Part shown: in pieces, positions 22,287 to 33,466 of the stretch
How the letters are laid out: every line of letters starts with the position of its first letter
Numbering within the stretch: position 1 is the stretch's first letter
Assembly (NCBI GenBank): GCA_016708305.1
Contig: JADJGB010000002.1
Location: forward strand, 65,330 to 129,329
From: Sphingobacteriales bacterium
GTDB taxonomy: Bacteria; Bacteroidota; Bacteroidia; Chitinophagales; Chitinophagaceae
Direction of reading: 5' to 3'
DNA length: 64,000 nucleotides
The notes under the pieces: model-generated
What the model saw: only the letters and a program-made list of their open reading frames with translations
Database searches by the model: none
What the model was told of the DNA's origin: nothing
Translations under genes and position numbers: made by a program

Positions 22287-22685
22287 TTTTACTTAAATAT
22301 TTACAATTTTTAGTCGGTTAAAATAGGCAAAGTAAGCCTAAATTAAAATGTAATCCACTGTCGTGCATAGTTGCAAGACCGGTTCTTTTGGATTTGCCAT
22401 TGTTTCGCCTTTAGAACAGTGACAAAGCCAAATGCTCCTCCAAACATTAGGGATAAGCCGACAAAATTTAAATATGTTTCGTGTGGTATGGGAAAATTAC
22501 ACTCAATTGAATCAGAAATAAGTGTCGCTTTGTCCACTGCCTAAATGTTGTATCATTTTAATCTGTACCACCAGTTAAAACGATATAATTCACTGTCATG
22601 TTTCCATTATATTGCAATGAATTTAAATTAATGTTAATATTAGTTAAAGCTTTCACCTAACAACAAATTATACCAAACAACTCCC

Positions 22686-24012
22686 CTACCCTTTCAAATA
22701 CTTATTAGCCGCCTCTTCTTTAAATCTGGCATTTTTGCCATCCCAGTTTAGGGTTTGACCCGGAAACTGAGCCGCAATCACACCCAGAAGAATCACCTCG
22801 GTAAGTTTTGCAGAATAGCTGAAGGGCGCGCTGCATTTGGCTTTGCCCAGACAGGCATCAATAAACTCATGGTAATGCTTATCTCCTTCCACGTCATAAC
22901 TCACAGTGGGTTTTCCTGCTTCTCCATTCGGGTCAAATTTGGGAATATCTATTGTTTGGTAAGTGCCACTAACAATCAATCTTGGCAACTGCATAAAGTG
23001 CGGCAGCAATAAACGTCTGCCATCTTCGCCTATAAACATAGCTCCCTGATCGGGCAATGGGTCTCCCTTTGGTAGTTTTAATTCATCCTGAGGAGCCGGT
23101 GCGCCCTTCCCATCGTACCAAACCCATTCCAGCGTATCGGTAGTGTAAGGTGTACCCGGAAAACGTACTGCACATGATTTTTTTTCGGGATGGCCAAATC
23201 CATTGGGCTTGCGGCAATCATTTTTTACGGTAAGTGGCACACTTAGTTGTAGTGCATTGTAGGGCGTGTCAAAAATATGTACACCCATATCTCCTAATGT
23301 GCCACAGCCATAGTCCACACATTTTCTCCAGTTGCCCGGATGATAATATCCTTTTTTATAGGGTCTTTTTTTGCCTCCGGCTATCCACATATCCCAGTTT
23401 AATCCTTCTGGAACGGGATCGGCGCCCTCCGGTGCAGCACCGTCATATCCCCAAACTTTTGGCGACCAGGGCAATTACTTTTTTCACTTTACCAATAATA
23501 CCGCCTCTGATGAGGATGGAAGCCAGCTTGTAGTCATAAAAAGAATGAACCTGAATACCCATCTGGGTGATCAGTTTTTTTCTGGCAGCCACTGCATCCA
23601 TCTCGCGAGACTCCGAAATGTAATGGGTTAAGGGGTTTTGGCAATACACATTTTTATTCATATTCATTGCCGCTAATGAAATGGGTGCATGGGTATGGTC
23701 AGTGGTGGACACTACTACAGCATCAATCTTTTTGCCCATTTTTTTGAACAACTGACGATAATCCTGAAATACTTTTGCCTTTGGGAATTTATCTTTTATC
23801 TTGTCAACTAAGCTGAGTCCCACATCGCAGAGGGCTACTACCTCCACCGCCGAATGGGAGGCCATCGAATGGAGGTCTGATACACCCATCATACCCAGGC
23901 CAATCTGTGCTATCCTCACTTTTTTTCCGGCGGCTAATGTAGCTACAGAAGCAGGTAGGAAGAAAGCCATTGAACCGGCGGCAGCTGTTTTTAAAAAATG
24001 TCTTCTTTTCAT
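22686..24012 (-). CDS. Gfo/Idh/MocA family oxidoreductase with Tat signal, frameshift near 23450
   Basis: MKRRHFLK, IGLGMMG, STTDHTHA, VYCQNPL, GTLGDMGVHIFD. Confidence 0.88.
22689..22757 (-). repeat. Right direct repeat (3' end of the intact Gfo/Idh/MocA gene)
   Basis: 65/69 identical to 9820-9888. Confidence 0.9.
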
Positions 24013-24203
24013 TAAATCGTTTTTAGAATGATTATTGTTTCAGTTAAATTTTTTCGATTTCGGAAAATAATTATCGCAAACAGCCAAAGTTATTCATTAT
24101 TTATTAAAAGATTTCATTAAAAACCTAAAATCAATAACTGAAATGCAGGTCTTTCAAATCCTGCTAAAAAACCCTTCAATTTGTTAATTTTCCTCATGTT
24201 TCG

Positions 24204-25850
24204 GTGTATTATGGTACATTTGCGGCTAAAATTTCAGGAATGCCTTTTTATCATTTATTTGTTATCTATCTGATACAGGTTTTGTTAGTGTGGTTGCCGT
24301 CCTTTGGACTTGCTTCATTATTTAAAAAAGCAGGAGAAGCTTCATGGAAAGCCTATATACCTTTCTATAATACCTGGGTGATGCAACACATTGCTCAAAG
24401 ACCAAAACATTGGGTATTTTGGCAGTTTATTCCTGTGGTAGGCTGGTTTATTACACCCGGTATTTTTATCGAGTTTGCAAAAGTCTTTTGTCGTTTTTCT
24501 TTTTGGATCATACCGCCGCTTCACTCTTTGCTCCTTTCTATTTCCCCTGGCCACAATAATAAAGATGCAAGATTCATCGGTCCCGAAGGCGTGAAAAAAC
24601 ACAGCAAGCCATCCTGGAGAGAGTGGATAGATGCGGCTATTTTTGCTATTATTGCTGCTACGCTGATTAGAACTTTTATATTTGAAGCTTATGTTATTCC
24701 TTCCAGTTCGATGGAAAAAACATTGCTCATCAATGATTATCTGTTTGTAAGCAAGTTCAGCTATGGTCCAAGAATTCCGAATACGCCTTTATCTATTCCG
24801 TTCATTCATAATTACACGCCATTTGGCAATAAATCATATACCAAATTGTTAGAACTCCCCTACATGCGCTGGTTTGCATCACCCGTAAAACGATACGACT
24901 GCGTGGTGTTTAACTTTCCTGACGGGGATACGGTTATTCACGCTCCGGGTTTTGAATCAGCCAATCCTTATTATGACATAAAACGAAGAGCAGCAATGGG
25001 TTCTGCAAGCGATCAGGAGGTGATTAATAACCCTGATGTGTATCCGGTGGTAGCGCATCCCGTTGACAAAACAGACAACTATATTAAGCGCTGTATGGGT
25101 GTTGCCGGCGATTCTTTAAAAGTAGTTAACGGCATTGTTTTTATCAATAATAAAGAAGCTTACATCCCGCCACACTCGGCAACATTTTATAATTTTACAA
25201 CCAAAAATAATACCCCGCTGGATGCAGATTACCTGAGAGAAGCAGGCATAAAATTGAATTTGGAAAGTGCAGGCGCAGATTTCTCAGTTTATAATAATAA
25301 TGTTTATCAGGCTAACCTGACTTTAAGCGAAGTGGAAATTTTGAAGAAATTACCGGTGGTAGATGCCGCCAGTGTTACAAAAGATATTTATCCTGCAGAC
25401 GGCCTTATAAGCACTGCCATGTTTCCTTATTATGATACGCTGCACAAATGGTCGCCTGATAACTATGGACCTGTTTGGATTCCCAAAAAAAATGTAACCA
25501 TTACACTCAATGCGGAAAATTTACCCATGTATAAAAGATGTATTGAAAGCTTTGAAAACAATAAATTGGAGATAAGGGCGGCAAAATCTTCATCAATGAT
25601 AAAGAGACAAATTCCTACACTTTTAAGATGGATTATTACTGGATGATGGGCGACAACCGCCATAAGTCGCAGGACAGCCGTTTTTGGGGGTTTGTTCCCG
25701 AAAGCCATATTGTGGGCAAAGCAGCGCTCATCTGGTTCAGTTGGGAAAACGGACCACGCTGGAAACGCCTGTTCAACACTATAAAATAAAACTCATTAAC
25801 TTTGTATGCCCCTTTCTGCACAGAGAGGGGCATTGTTGTCTAAATTTAAA
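24204..25850 (+). CDS. lepB: Signal peptidase I with N-terminal DUF5684-like membrane segment, frameshifted near the 3' end
   Basis: IPSSSMEKTL (Ser), NYIKRC (Lys), YYWMMGDNRHKSQDSRFWG in the shifted frame; TACATTTG box at 24215-24222 suggests the start is at 24240. Confidence 0.88.
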
Positions 25851-25854
25851 AATC

Positions 25855-26349
25855 ATGAAGGAACGCAAATTTCAGTTTTCATATAAAATTCTGAAGGATA
25901 TCGGCGAACTGAACGAAAATGATGCAGCCCTTTTGCAACAGGCACGCAAAGTAACCAAAAAGGCCTATGCGCCTTACTCAAGATTTAATGTAGCCTGTGC
26001 GGCAAAACTTGAAAACGGACGAACCGTAATTGGCACCAACCAGGAAAATGCATCTTATCCCGTAGGTATTTGTGCCGAAAGGGCTTTACTGGCAACGGTG
26101 GGCACACAATATACTGATGAGCCAATTGAAACCCTGGCCATAACCTACCACGCGCTTGATGGTGAAAGCAACCATCCCATTTCGCCCTGCGGCATGTGCA
26201 GGCAGGCATTGACAGAATATGAAAGAAGGACAGGTAAACCTATCCGGCTGATTCTCTCAGGAATGGAAGGAGATATTTATATCGTCAACAGCGCCAAGGA
26301 CTTGCTGCCATTGGCGTTTAGCAATGAGGATTTAGGGAAAGACGACTAA
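25855..26349 (+). CDS. cdd: Cytidine deaminase
   Basis: AYAPYSRF, NQENASYPVGICAER, PCGMCRQ. Confidence 0.9.
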   Translation: MKERKFQFSYKILKDIGELNENDAALLQQARKVTKKAYAPYSRFNVACAAKLENGRTVIGTNQENASYPVGICAERALLATVGTQYTDEPIETLAITYHALDGESNHPISPCGMCRQALTEYERRTGKPIRLILSGMEGDIYIVNSAKDLLPLAFSNEDLGKDD

Positions 26350-26354
26350 AATTT

Positions 26355-27326
26355 CTATTTGGCAGGAGTAATAACAATTTTTCTAAACTCTATCGCCCCG
26401 TGGTCTCCCTGAATATAAATGGGTCCCGGTTCGGCTTCTTTGCTGTCCAAAGCGCCGCCTGTAATACCCGGAATCTCCTGATTGCTGATTACGGTTTTAC
26501 CATTAACCACCACCGTTACCATTCTGCCAATTAAGGTAATATCAAAAGTATTCCACTGATCGGGGCCGTTTGTTACGATTTCGCTGGCGGGTAAAAAGCC
26601 ATACACGCCGCCGAACAAAACGCTATTTGGATGTGCATCCTTAGGGCTGTCTTCTATCTGCACCTCATAGCGGCCTCTCAGGTAAATGCCACTATTGCTT
26701 TTGGGCGGATACCTGAACTCGGCATGAAGTTTGAAATCATTAAATTTTTGAACAGATACTAAATTGGCGCCTGCTCCGGTATTTTTCAATATACCATTTT
26801 CCACTTCCCACTTATTATTTCCTTTGGCCAACCATCCGTCCAGGTTTTTACCGTTAAATAAATTTATGGTTTTGCCCCATACAATTTTATTAGTTCTTTT
26901 TAATAGTGACGCTCTTTCACCTGTGAAGCTGTATTTTTTGCCGTCCACATCAGTTATCACACCTTTTATAGCATCTTTACCTACAAGTTCTCCATTGAGA
27001 ACCAAGTCGTTATCACTGTTTTCCCATTGGGCAGGAATAGCAAAATTAAACTTGCCATTCTTGAAATTTACTTTTGAGATGGGTCTAGCACTTCCGCCTG
27101 TAGCCACAAAATAGCCCACTAATGTTTTAAAACCTGATAGTTTCACCTCCAGCCACGAGGGAGCATTATTGGCACTTGCATCTAATGTAAGATCCCATCG
27201 GCCAATCAAATCACTTGCTTCAAAAACTTTATAATGGTGGTTTGCATTATCACTATTTGTTTCGGATGCTGCGAAACCTGAAACTGAAAAAACGAGTATC
27301 AAAGCCAGTAAAAAGAATTTGTTCAT
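26355..27326 (-). CDS. DUF1080 (3-keto-glycoside hydrolase-like) secreted protein
   Basis: Signal peptide; LFNGKNLDGW, NSGIYLRGRYEVQI, LQGDH-like YIQGDHGAIEFRKI. Confidence 0.85.
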   Translation of the reverse strand: MNKFFLLALILVFSVSGFAASETNSDNANHHYKVFEASDLIGRWDLTLDASANNAPSWLEVKLSGFKTLVGYFVATGGSARPISKVNFKNGKFNFAIPAQWENSDNDLVLNGELVGKDAIKGVITDVDGKKYSFTGERASLLKRTNKIVWGKTINLFNGKNLDGWLAKGNNKWEVENGILKNTGAGANLVSVQKFNDFKLHAEFRYPPKSNSGIYLRGRYEVQIEDSPKDAHPNSVLFGGVYGFLPASEIVTNGPDQWNTFDITLIGRMVTVVVNGKTVISNQEIPGITGGALDSKEAEPGPIYIQGDHGAIEFRKIVITPAK

Positions 27327-27379
27327 AATAAAAATATTTGTATCTCTGTTAAATAAAAAAAATCGTTGCTACCTGAATT

Positions 27380-27817
27380 TTATTTGCCATTAAGTTCCAG
27401 TTTTTTGTCGGCTCTGTTTTCGGCTTTTAATTCAGCGTTTTTGTTGTTCTTTTCGTGTGCGCCCTGCATATTCAGTTTACCGTTGTATTTGCCTCCGGCT
27501 TCTATCTCCACTATATCCACATTGATATCGCCGTTTACTTCGCCGGAAGCTTTTAAGTGCAATGCTGCGGCATGAACCGTTCCGTTCAGTTTTCCATAAA
27601 TTACAATATCGTTTGCCTTTAAATTACCCCTTACAGAAGATTTTTCACCCAGTATTACCCCTTTGGTTACGGTTACATTGCCTTCCACCATTCCGTCAAT
27701 GCGAATAGCAGTATCGCCCGAAATATCTCCGGTAATTTTAATATCGGCGCCAATAATTGTTGAAATAGGCTGTTGTTCAAGTTCTATGGCAGACTTGTTC
27801 TTAAATTTTTTAAACAC
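27380..27817 (-). CDS. Bactofilin (polymer-forming cytoskeletal protein)
   Basis: TIIGADIKITGDI..IRIDGMVEGNV beta-helix repeats. Confidence 0.88.
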   Translation of the reverse strand: MFKKFKNKSAIELEQQPISTIIGADIKITGDISGDTAIRIDGMVEGNVTVTKGVILGEKSSVRGNLKANDIVIYGKLNGTVHAAALHLKASGEVNGDINVDIVEIEAGGKYNGKLNMQGAHEKNNKNAELKAENRADKKLELNGK

Positions 27818-27848
27818 GTTAGGATTTTTACCTTGTAAAATTATGGTT

Positions 27849-28697
27849 TTATAACTTTAAAAAGTGCTCCGGATTAATTTTTGTGCCATTTCTTATTATT
27901 TCATAGTGCAAATGAGGGCCGGTACTTCTTCCGGTACTACCAATATGACCAATTTTTTCACCGGTTTTTATCTTTTGGCCTTCTCGTACCAATATTCTGG
28001 AAAGATGCCCATAAAGTGTTTCAAAGCCATTGGAATGTTCCAAAACGATACAATTGCCATAGCCGCCTTTTACGCCGGCAAAGCTTACCACTCCATCAGC
28101 AGTGCTTTTTACAGGTTCCCCTGCATTTCCTCTGAAATCAATTCCGAAATGAGACTCGGTACCCATCCCCGAAAAAGGATTGTGCCTGTAGCCAAAATTG
28201 GAAGTTTGTTCGCCATCAGACGGAACACCCATTGGGGTAAACTTCACTTTTTCTTTAATGTTTCCAAGATAGTTTTCATAATAATCAGCCACGAGATTAG
28301 CATCTTCAATTTCAAAACCTTCTTCACCGCCAACATCCACTTTTTTCAGCTCGCCCAAACCTCTTTGTTCAAGATATTGATTAATTTCAATAAGGCTGGA
28401 ATCTATGGAAAGAAATGATTTTTTCAGTCTGTTTACATCTACGGCCTTGGCTACCACTTTGAATTTTTCATCAGCCTTGGCCAATTTCTCTTTATAATAC
28501 TGATCTGTTCTGGAAAAAACCATCCAGGCAATTATCCCGATAAGAACAATTATTGTTGCTGCAAAACCCAGAAGAAAACTCTTCCAGTTGCGTAACAAAG
28601 TTGTTGGAACCTGAACAGGTTTATTTTCTTTGCTATCAGTATTAATAAATATAACTGAAGTCTTTTTTCTCAGCATAAAAATTTGAATAAATTGCAA
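27849..28697 (-). CDS. M23 family metallopeptidase
   Basis: HFGIDF, TLYGHLS, GRSTGPHLHYE. Confidence 0.9.
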   Translation of the reverse strand: MQFIQIFMLRKKTSVIFINTDSKENKPVQVPTTLLRNWKSFLLGFAATIIVLIGIIAWMVFSRTDQYYKEKLAKADEKFKVVAKAVDVNRLKKSFLSIDSSLIEINQYLEQRGLGELKKVDVGGEEGFEIEDANLVADYYENYLGNIKEKVKFTPMGVPSDGEQTSNFGYRHNPFSGMGTESHFGIDFRGNAGEPVKSTADGVVSFAGVKGGYGNCIVLEHSNGFETLYGHLSRILVREGQKIKTGEKIGHIGSTGRSTGPHLHYEIIRNGTKINPEHFLKL

Positions 28698-28778
28698 ATC
28701 ACAGTATTACAAACGTGAAAATTTAAAAAATATTGTATGTAAATGCCTGGATTTTTAAAAAAATTGTAAAAAAGTCTT

Positions 28779-29135
28779 TTAATCCCAACTCCTTGCCAAT
28801 TCCACTCCAATTTTACCGTCAAAACCTTCAATAGGCGCGGTAATTTTATATATATTTATTTTAATACTTTTTACCGGAGGATACGTTTTCTTAATTCTTT
28901 CTGCTGTTTCAGTTAAAAAAGTCTCCAAAAGCAGGCGTGGCTGCGCCATTTCACTCTTTAGCAGCGAGTAGATTTCTGCATAATTAATAGTCTGAAAAAT
29001 ATCTTTTATTACAACCGATTCATTACCAATAGTTAAGGTACAGTTTACTTCAAACTCATTGCCTATCTTTTTTTCCAGGTCAAAAAGACCGTGAAATGCA
29101 AAAAATCTAAGTTTCTCGAGCCGGATAGTGAGCAT
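28779..29135 (-). CDS. folB: Dihydroneopterin aldolase
   Basis: FFAFHG...EKKIGNEFEV, INYAEIY, LLE. Confidence 0.85.
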   Translation of the reverse strand: MLTIRLEKLRFFAFHGLFDLEKKIGNEFEVNCTLTIGNESVVIKDIFQTINYAEIYSLLKSEMAQPRLLLETFLTETAERIKKTYPPVKSIKINIYKITAPIEGFDGKIGVELARSWD

Positions 29136-29377
29136 GAGGATAATGATTATTAAATGCTAAATATTAATAATAACCGGATATCAAATACCTGGTTATATTG
29201 AAAATACAATTTAACGAAAGGTATGTTCACTCCGAAAGCTTTGGACTTTTAAAACTAATGAATAATTTGCCTCAGTTTCAGTGATTAAAACTACAATATT
29301 TGGGAATTCACTCACTAAATTTGCCCAACTATCCCTTCCAACACAGTTTTTCCCTTGTAGTTGCAGGGCTATCAGGA

Positions 29378-30359
<982 letters not shown>

Positions 30360-30460
30360 TTAAAAACTTTAATATTCGGTAACAGTGATAAGTGTTACAA
30401 TTATTTTTAGCTTTGTTATATAAGGGAGGTAAAATCAGTAGAATGAGGAGGAGTTAAAAC

Positions 30461-30508
30461 TAAGGTTAAGGTTGAGGTTAAGGTTGAGATTGAGATTGAG
30501 GTTGAGAT
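30461..30508. repeat. Intergenic hexamer microsatellite T(A/G)AG(G/A)T x8
   Basis: taaggt taaggt tgaggt taaggt tgagat tgagat tgaggt tgagat. Confidence 0.8.
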
Positions 30509-30518
30509 GGGAAAAACA

Positions 30519-31274
30519 TTACGCTGATTTTGATTTTGATACTAAACGTATGATAATCAATATAGAAAAAGATAAAATTGCCGGTAAAGCGATAAACAGC
30601 ATACCTAATCCGGGTGTGTTTTTACCGGTTTTAGGATTATAGTTATAACAGGAGAACAGGTTACTTTGTCCCGGCAAGCGATAAGTTGGAGAAAAAACAT
30701 TATTTATACTGTTAATCAATAGACCAATATCTTTGCTGTTTCGCAAACCCAACAGTTTTTTGGTAACAAATCCCTGAGAATTGACACCAACCAGAAGCGC
30801 ATCATGATCAAACTGCAAGGTTTGTTCATACCAAACAGGATTAAAATTTACGGATGAAATAAGACGGGAGATACTATCGGTAACAGCAAATTTCCAGTTG
30901 CCTTCATGCTGTAGATTGAAACGGGTAGCCATATTTTCCATATCTTTCACAGAATCGCGCGGATCAAAACTAATAACTAATACATTATATTTTTTATTGC
31001 CAATATTTGGTGCAAATTGTAAACTTTCCTTTAATTGAATTATAAGCGGTGCACAAATTCCGGAACATCTTGTAAAAACGAAGGCTACCACCAACGGATT
31101 TTGGGCAGCCAACTGATGCATTGAGACATGGTCTCCGCTAATGATTTGTAATGGTGCATTATAAATCACTTCATTAATATTCGTCTCCTGCCAACCTGCG
31201 GCAGGCTGGGCTACTGCATCTACAAGGAAGGAGCAGACAAAAATCAGGAACGATGTAAGACCATATTTATGCAT
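30519..31274 (-). CDS. SCO/SenC family copper chaperone
   Basis: FTRCSGICA (CxxxC), SFDPRD, FDHD; C-terminal TM helix; third gene of the operon. Confidence 0.8.
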   Translation of the reverse strand: MHKYGLTSFLIFVCSFLVDAVAQPAAGWQETNINEVIYNAPLQIISGDHVSMHQLAAQNPLVVAFVFTRCSGICAPLIIQLKESLQFAPNIGNKKYNVLVISFDPRDSVKDMENMATRFNLQHEGNWKFAVTDSISRLISSVNFNPVWYEQTLQFDHDALLVGVNSQGFVTKKLLGLRNSKDIGLLINSINNVFSPTYRLPGQSNLFSCYNYNPKTGKNTPGLGMLFIALPAILSFSILIIIRLVSKSKSA

Positions 31275-32686
31275 CTTTTAAAAATACTCGAAACGAAAAG
31301 AAAAATGGCTATCAGATAAACCGTAGCAAATACTGCACCTAAGGTAGCTAATAATTTTGCAGAGGTAAACTCAACCGGGTAACTACTGTATCTTCTGGGA
31401 ACGGATTCTGCACCTGCCACATAAAAAGCTGCCAGAAAGCCTATTCCGCCCAGTAACAGGAATGAAAGTTTGAGCGAAGAAAGTCTCTCCGGCCCTTTTC
31501 TTTTGGAATATTCCACAGAAAACCAATGGAAAAAGCCAAGGCTAAACAATACATTACCCATAGCATTGTAAGAATGAAAGTGAGCGGGCACCCAAAGTGT
31601 ATTATGCAGTAAAAAGTTATTTGAAATAGTAGCATCAATAACGGCGCCTACTCCACCTATAACCCAGCCCGCTATTCCGATAAAGAACAAAAGATTAGAC
31701 AATGACCATTTTATTTTGGTACGATAAACCGCCACAATAACACTAAAAACCGTTACTCCGGCTGAAGGTAAACTGGCAAGGTAAGAAGCAAGCTGGCCTA
31801 CAATTTGCAAACCCTCCGGCTGCACAAAGTCCATATATAAATGGTGGAAAAATGCCAGCAATACAAAAAACAGCGTGAGGTTCCAGGCAATGGCCACATA
31901 CCAGGTGGTTTTCCACTTTGGTCTGCCACTGATTTCGGGAAACAGTTCGTAAATAATAGCCAACCCCAGATAAAGCATTTCATTGGCAATAGTATGGCCA
32001 AAAAAATAGGTAAGGTTTTTAATCAGCAAGGCATCATTTACAAATGCGCCATGTGAATAATACTCAGCAAAAAGAAGCACCAACAAAACCACTGCAGCAA
32101 TAAGGCAGGCGAGAACTCCCAATAGACTGATCATTGAAATCAATATAAAAGGCGGTGTTTCCACTTCCGGATTCTTATTTCTGAAATGCTGCCATGCAAA
32201 AACCTGCGAAATCGAATATTTTTTCAACAATGCGGTCATCAGACTGAGCACCCATACCAGCCATCCCACACCTAATACCGCCAATGCCCATAGGAACATA
32301 GGGGTAGCCCATGCGCTCCATGCAATCTTAAACGGCAGCGGATACAGAAATGTCCATCCAGCATGAAAATCGCCAATCAAGGTGGATACCCATAGCATCA
32401 CAACGCCAATCACCGTCATCACGAGCGCAAAGGTATTTGCCCTATAACTTGTTTTTACATATCGCTCCATGATGAAATTAACACCTGCCATACCTGCTAC
32501 AAACCAAATCCCAATCATCGTAATACCATGTATCGTCATGTCGGCATAAAAGGTGCCGGGATCCAAATGAACTGCACCACCCTGATTAAGCCGCATAATA
32601 ATTCCTAAAATGATACTTAACACAAACAACACCAACACAGCAATAATCCAAATAGCCGTATTCTTTTTAATTCCTTTTGCTTCCAT
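31244..32686 (-). CDS. Heme-copper oxidase superfamily subunit I, B-family-derived, probable NO reductase (sNOR-like)
   Basis: TIHG, GWTFLYP, FFGHTIANE (no Tyr at His+4), YE, FFHHL, HNT...AHFH, PRRY. Confidence 0.8.
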   Translation of the reverse strand: MEAKGIKKNTAIWIIAVLVLFVLSIILGIIMRLNQGGAVHLDPGTFYADMTIHGITMIGIWFVAGMAGVNFIMERYVKTSYRANTFALVMTVIGVVMLWVSTLIGDFHAGWTFLYPLPFKIAWSAWATPMFLWALAVLGVGWLVWVLSLMTALLKKYSISQVFAWQHFRNKNPEVETPPFILISMISLLGVLACLIAAVVLLVLLFAEYYSHGAFVNDALLIKNLTYFFGHTIANEMLYLGLAIIYELFPEISGRPKWKTTWYVAIAWNLTLFFVLLAFFHHLYMDFVQPEGLQIVGQLASYLASLPSAGVTVFSVIVAVYRTKIKWSLSNLLFFIGIAGWVIGGVGAVIDATISNNFLLHNTLWVPAHFHSYNAMGNVLFSLGFFHWFSVEYSKRKGPERLSSLKLSFLLLGGIGFLAAFYVAGAESVPRRYSSYPVEFTSAKLLATLGAVFATVYLIAIFLFVSSIFKRCINMVLHRS

Positions 32687-32694
32687 GATTTCTT

Positions 32695-33315
32695 TTATTT
32701 AACAGTGAAAGTTGTTTGCATTACCTGATGCGCCATACCGCAATATTCTAAACAATGAACCGTATAGGTACCCGGCTCTTCAAATTTCCAACGTAGTAAA
32801 TTTACATATCCCGGCATCGCCTGAGTTTGTGCCACAATCTGCTTGGAAGGGCTGTAAATTGCAAATCCATGATTTACGTCTAAACTGGTAACTCTGAACT
32901 CAACTAACTGATTAGCAGGAAGTTCAATAGTCATTTCGCCTTCGGGCTTATCGGGGTTAATTGCTTTATAAGACATTGTAAAAAAGAATTGTCCTGCTGC
33001 CACATGCACTACTTTTGCCGGCTGCTCTTTTGCAAAAAGATAGTAAGGAGAGCGCGGAATTGTGATAAGTGCAAAAATGCCCAGACAAACAAATAAGATA
33101 AGAAGGAACCAGAATCTTTTTTGCAGGGGATTGGCCATACCCTTTAATTCATCATCCGACTTTTTGGATGACAGATACACTATGATAAAAACCAGCGCTA
33201 TTACAGCAGCCAGTACCAAAAAGAGCAATAAGAGTGCGTATTGCATATATCTGATTTTTAGCTTATTTAATCGTTTGCGGTTTAAGTCGTTTAATAAAAC
33301 AGGGCAAACCTGCAA
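32695..33315 (-). CDS. Heme-copper oxidase subunit II with CuA site
   Basis: SLDVNHGF and HCLEYCGMAHQVM CuA ligands; N-terminal TM helices; start probably at the second Met (33243). Confidence 0.88.
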   Translation of the reverse strand: MQVCPVLLNDLNRKRLNKLKIRYMQYALLLLFLVLAAVIALVFIIVYLSSKKSDDELKGMANPLQKRFWFLLILFVCLGIFALITIPRSPYYLFAKEQPAKVVHVAAGQFFFTMSYKAINPDKPEGEMTIELPANQLVEFRVTSLDVNHGFAIYSPSKQIVAQTQAMPGYVNLLRWKFEEPGTYTVHCLEYCGMAHQVMQTTFTVK

Positions 33316-33466
33316 AGCCCAGTAGTTTGTTGAATCAGGTGCTTAAAGTTATTACATTTTTTTTTGTGAAACAATAAAATTAATTCTTAGATTCTTTTTA
33401 ACATTCAAATAAAAAATAATAAATTTGAGGGAGCGATCATGACTTCTCAGCTTTAAACCAATTTTT

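Noticed and set aside
22343-22537. 64-aa ORF at the right end of the island as an integrase remnant
   Set aside because: No recombinase motifs; short, with one hydrophobic stretch; cannot be supported
27380-28697. Bactofilin + M23 peptidase pair as a novel system
   Set aside because: This pairing is already well known in cell-shape loci of several phyla
31244-32686. Annotation as an ordinary cytochrome c oxidase subunit I (A, ba3 or cbb3)
   Set aside because: The cross-linking Tyr is absent from both known positions
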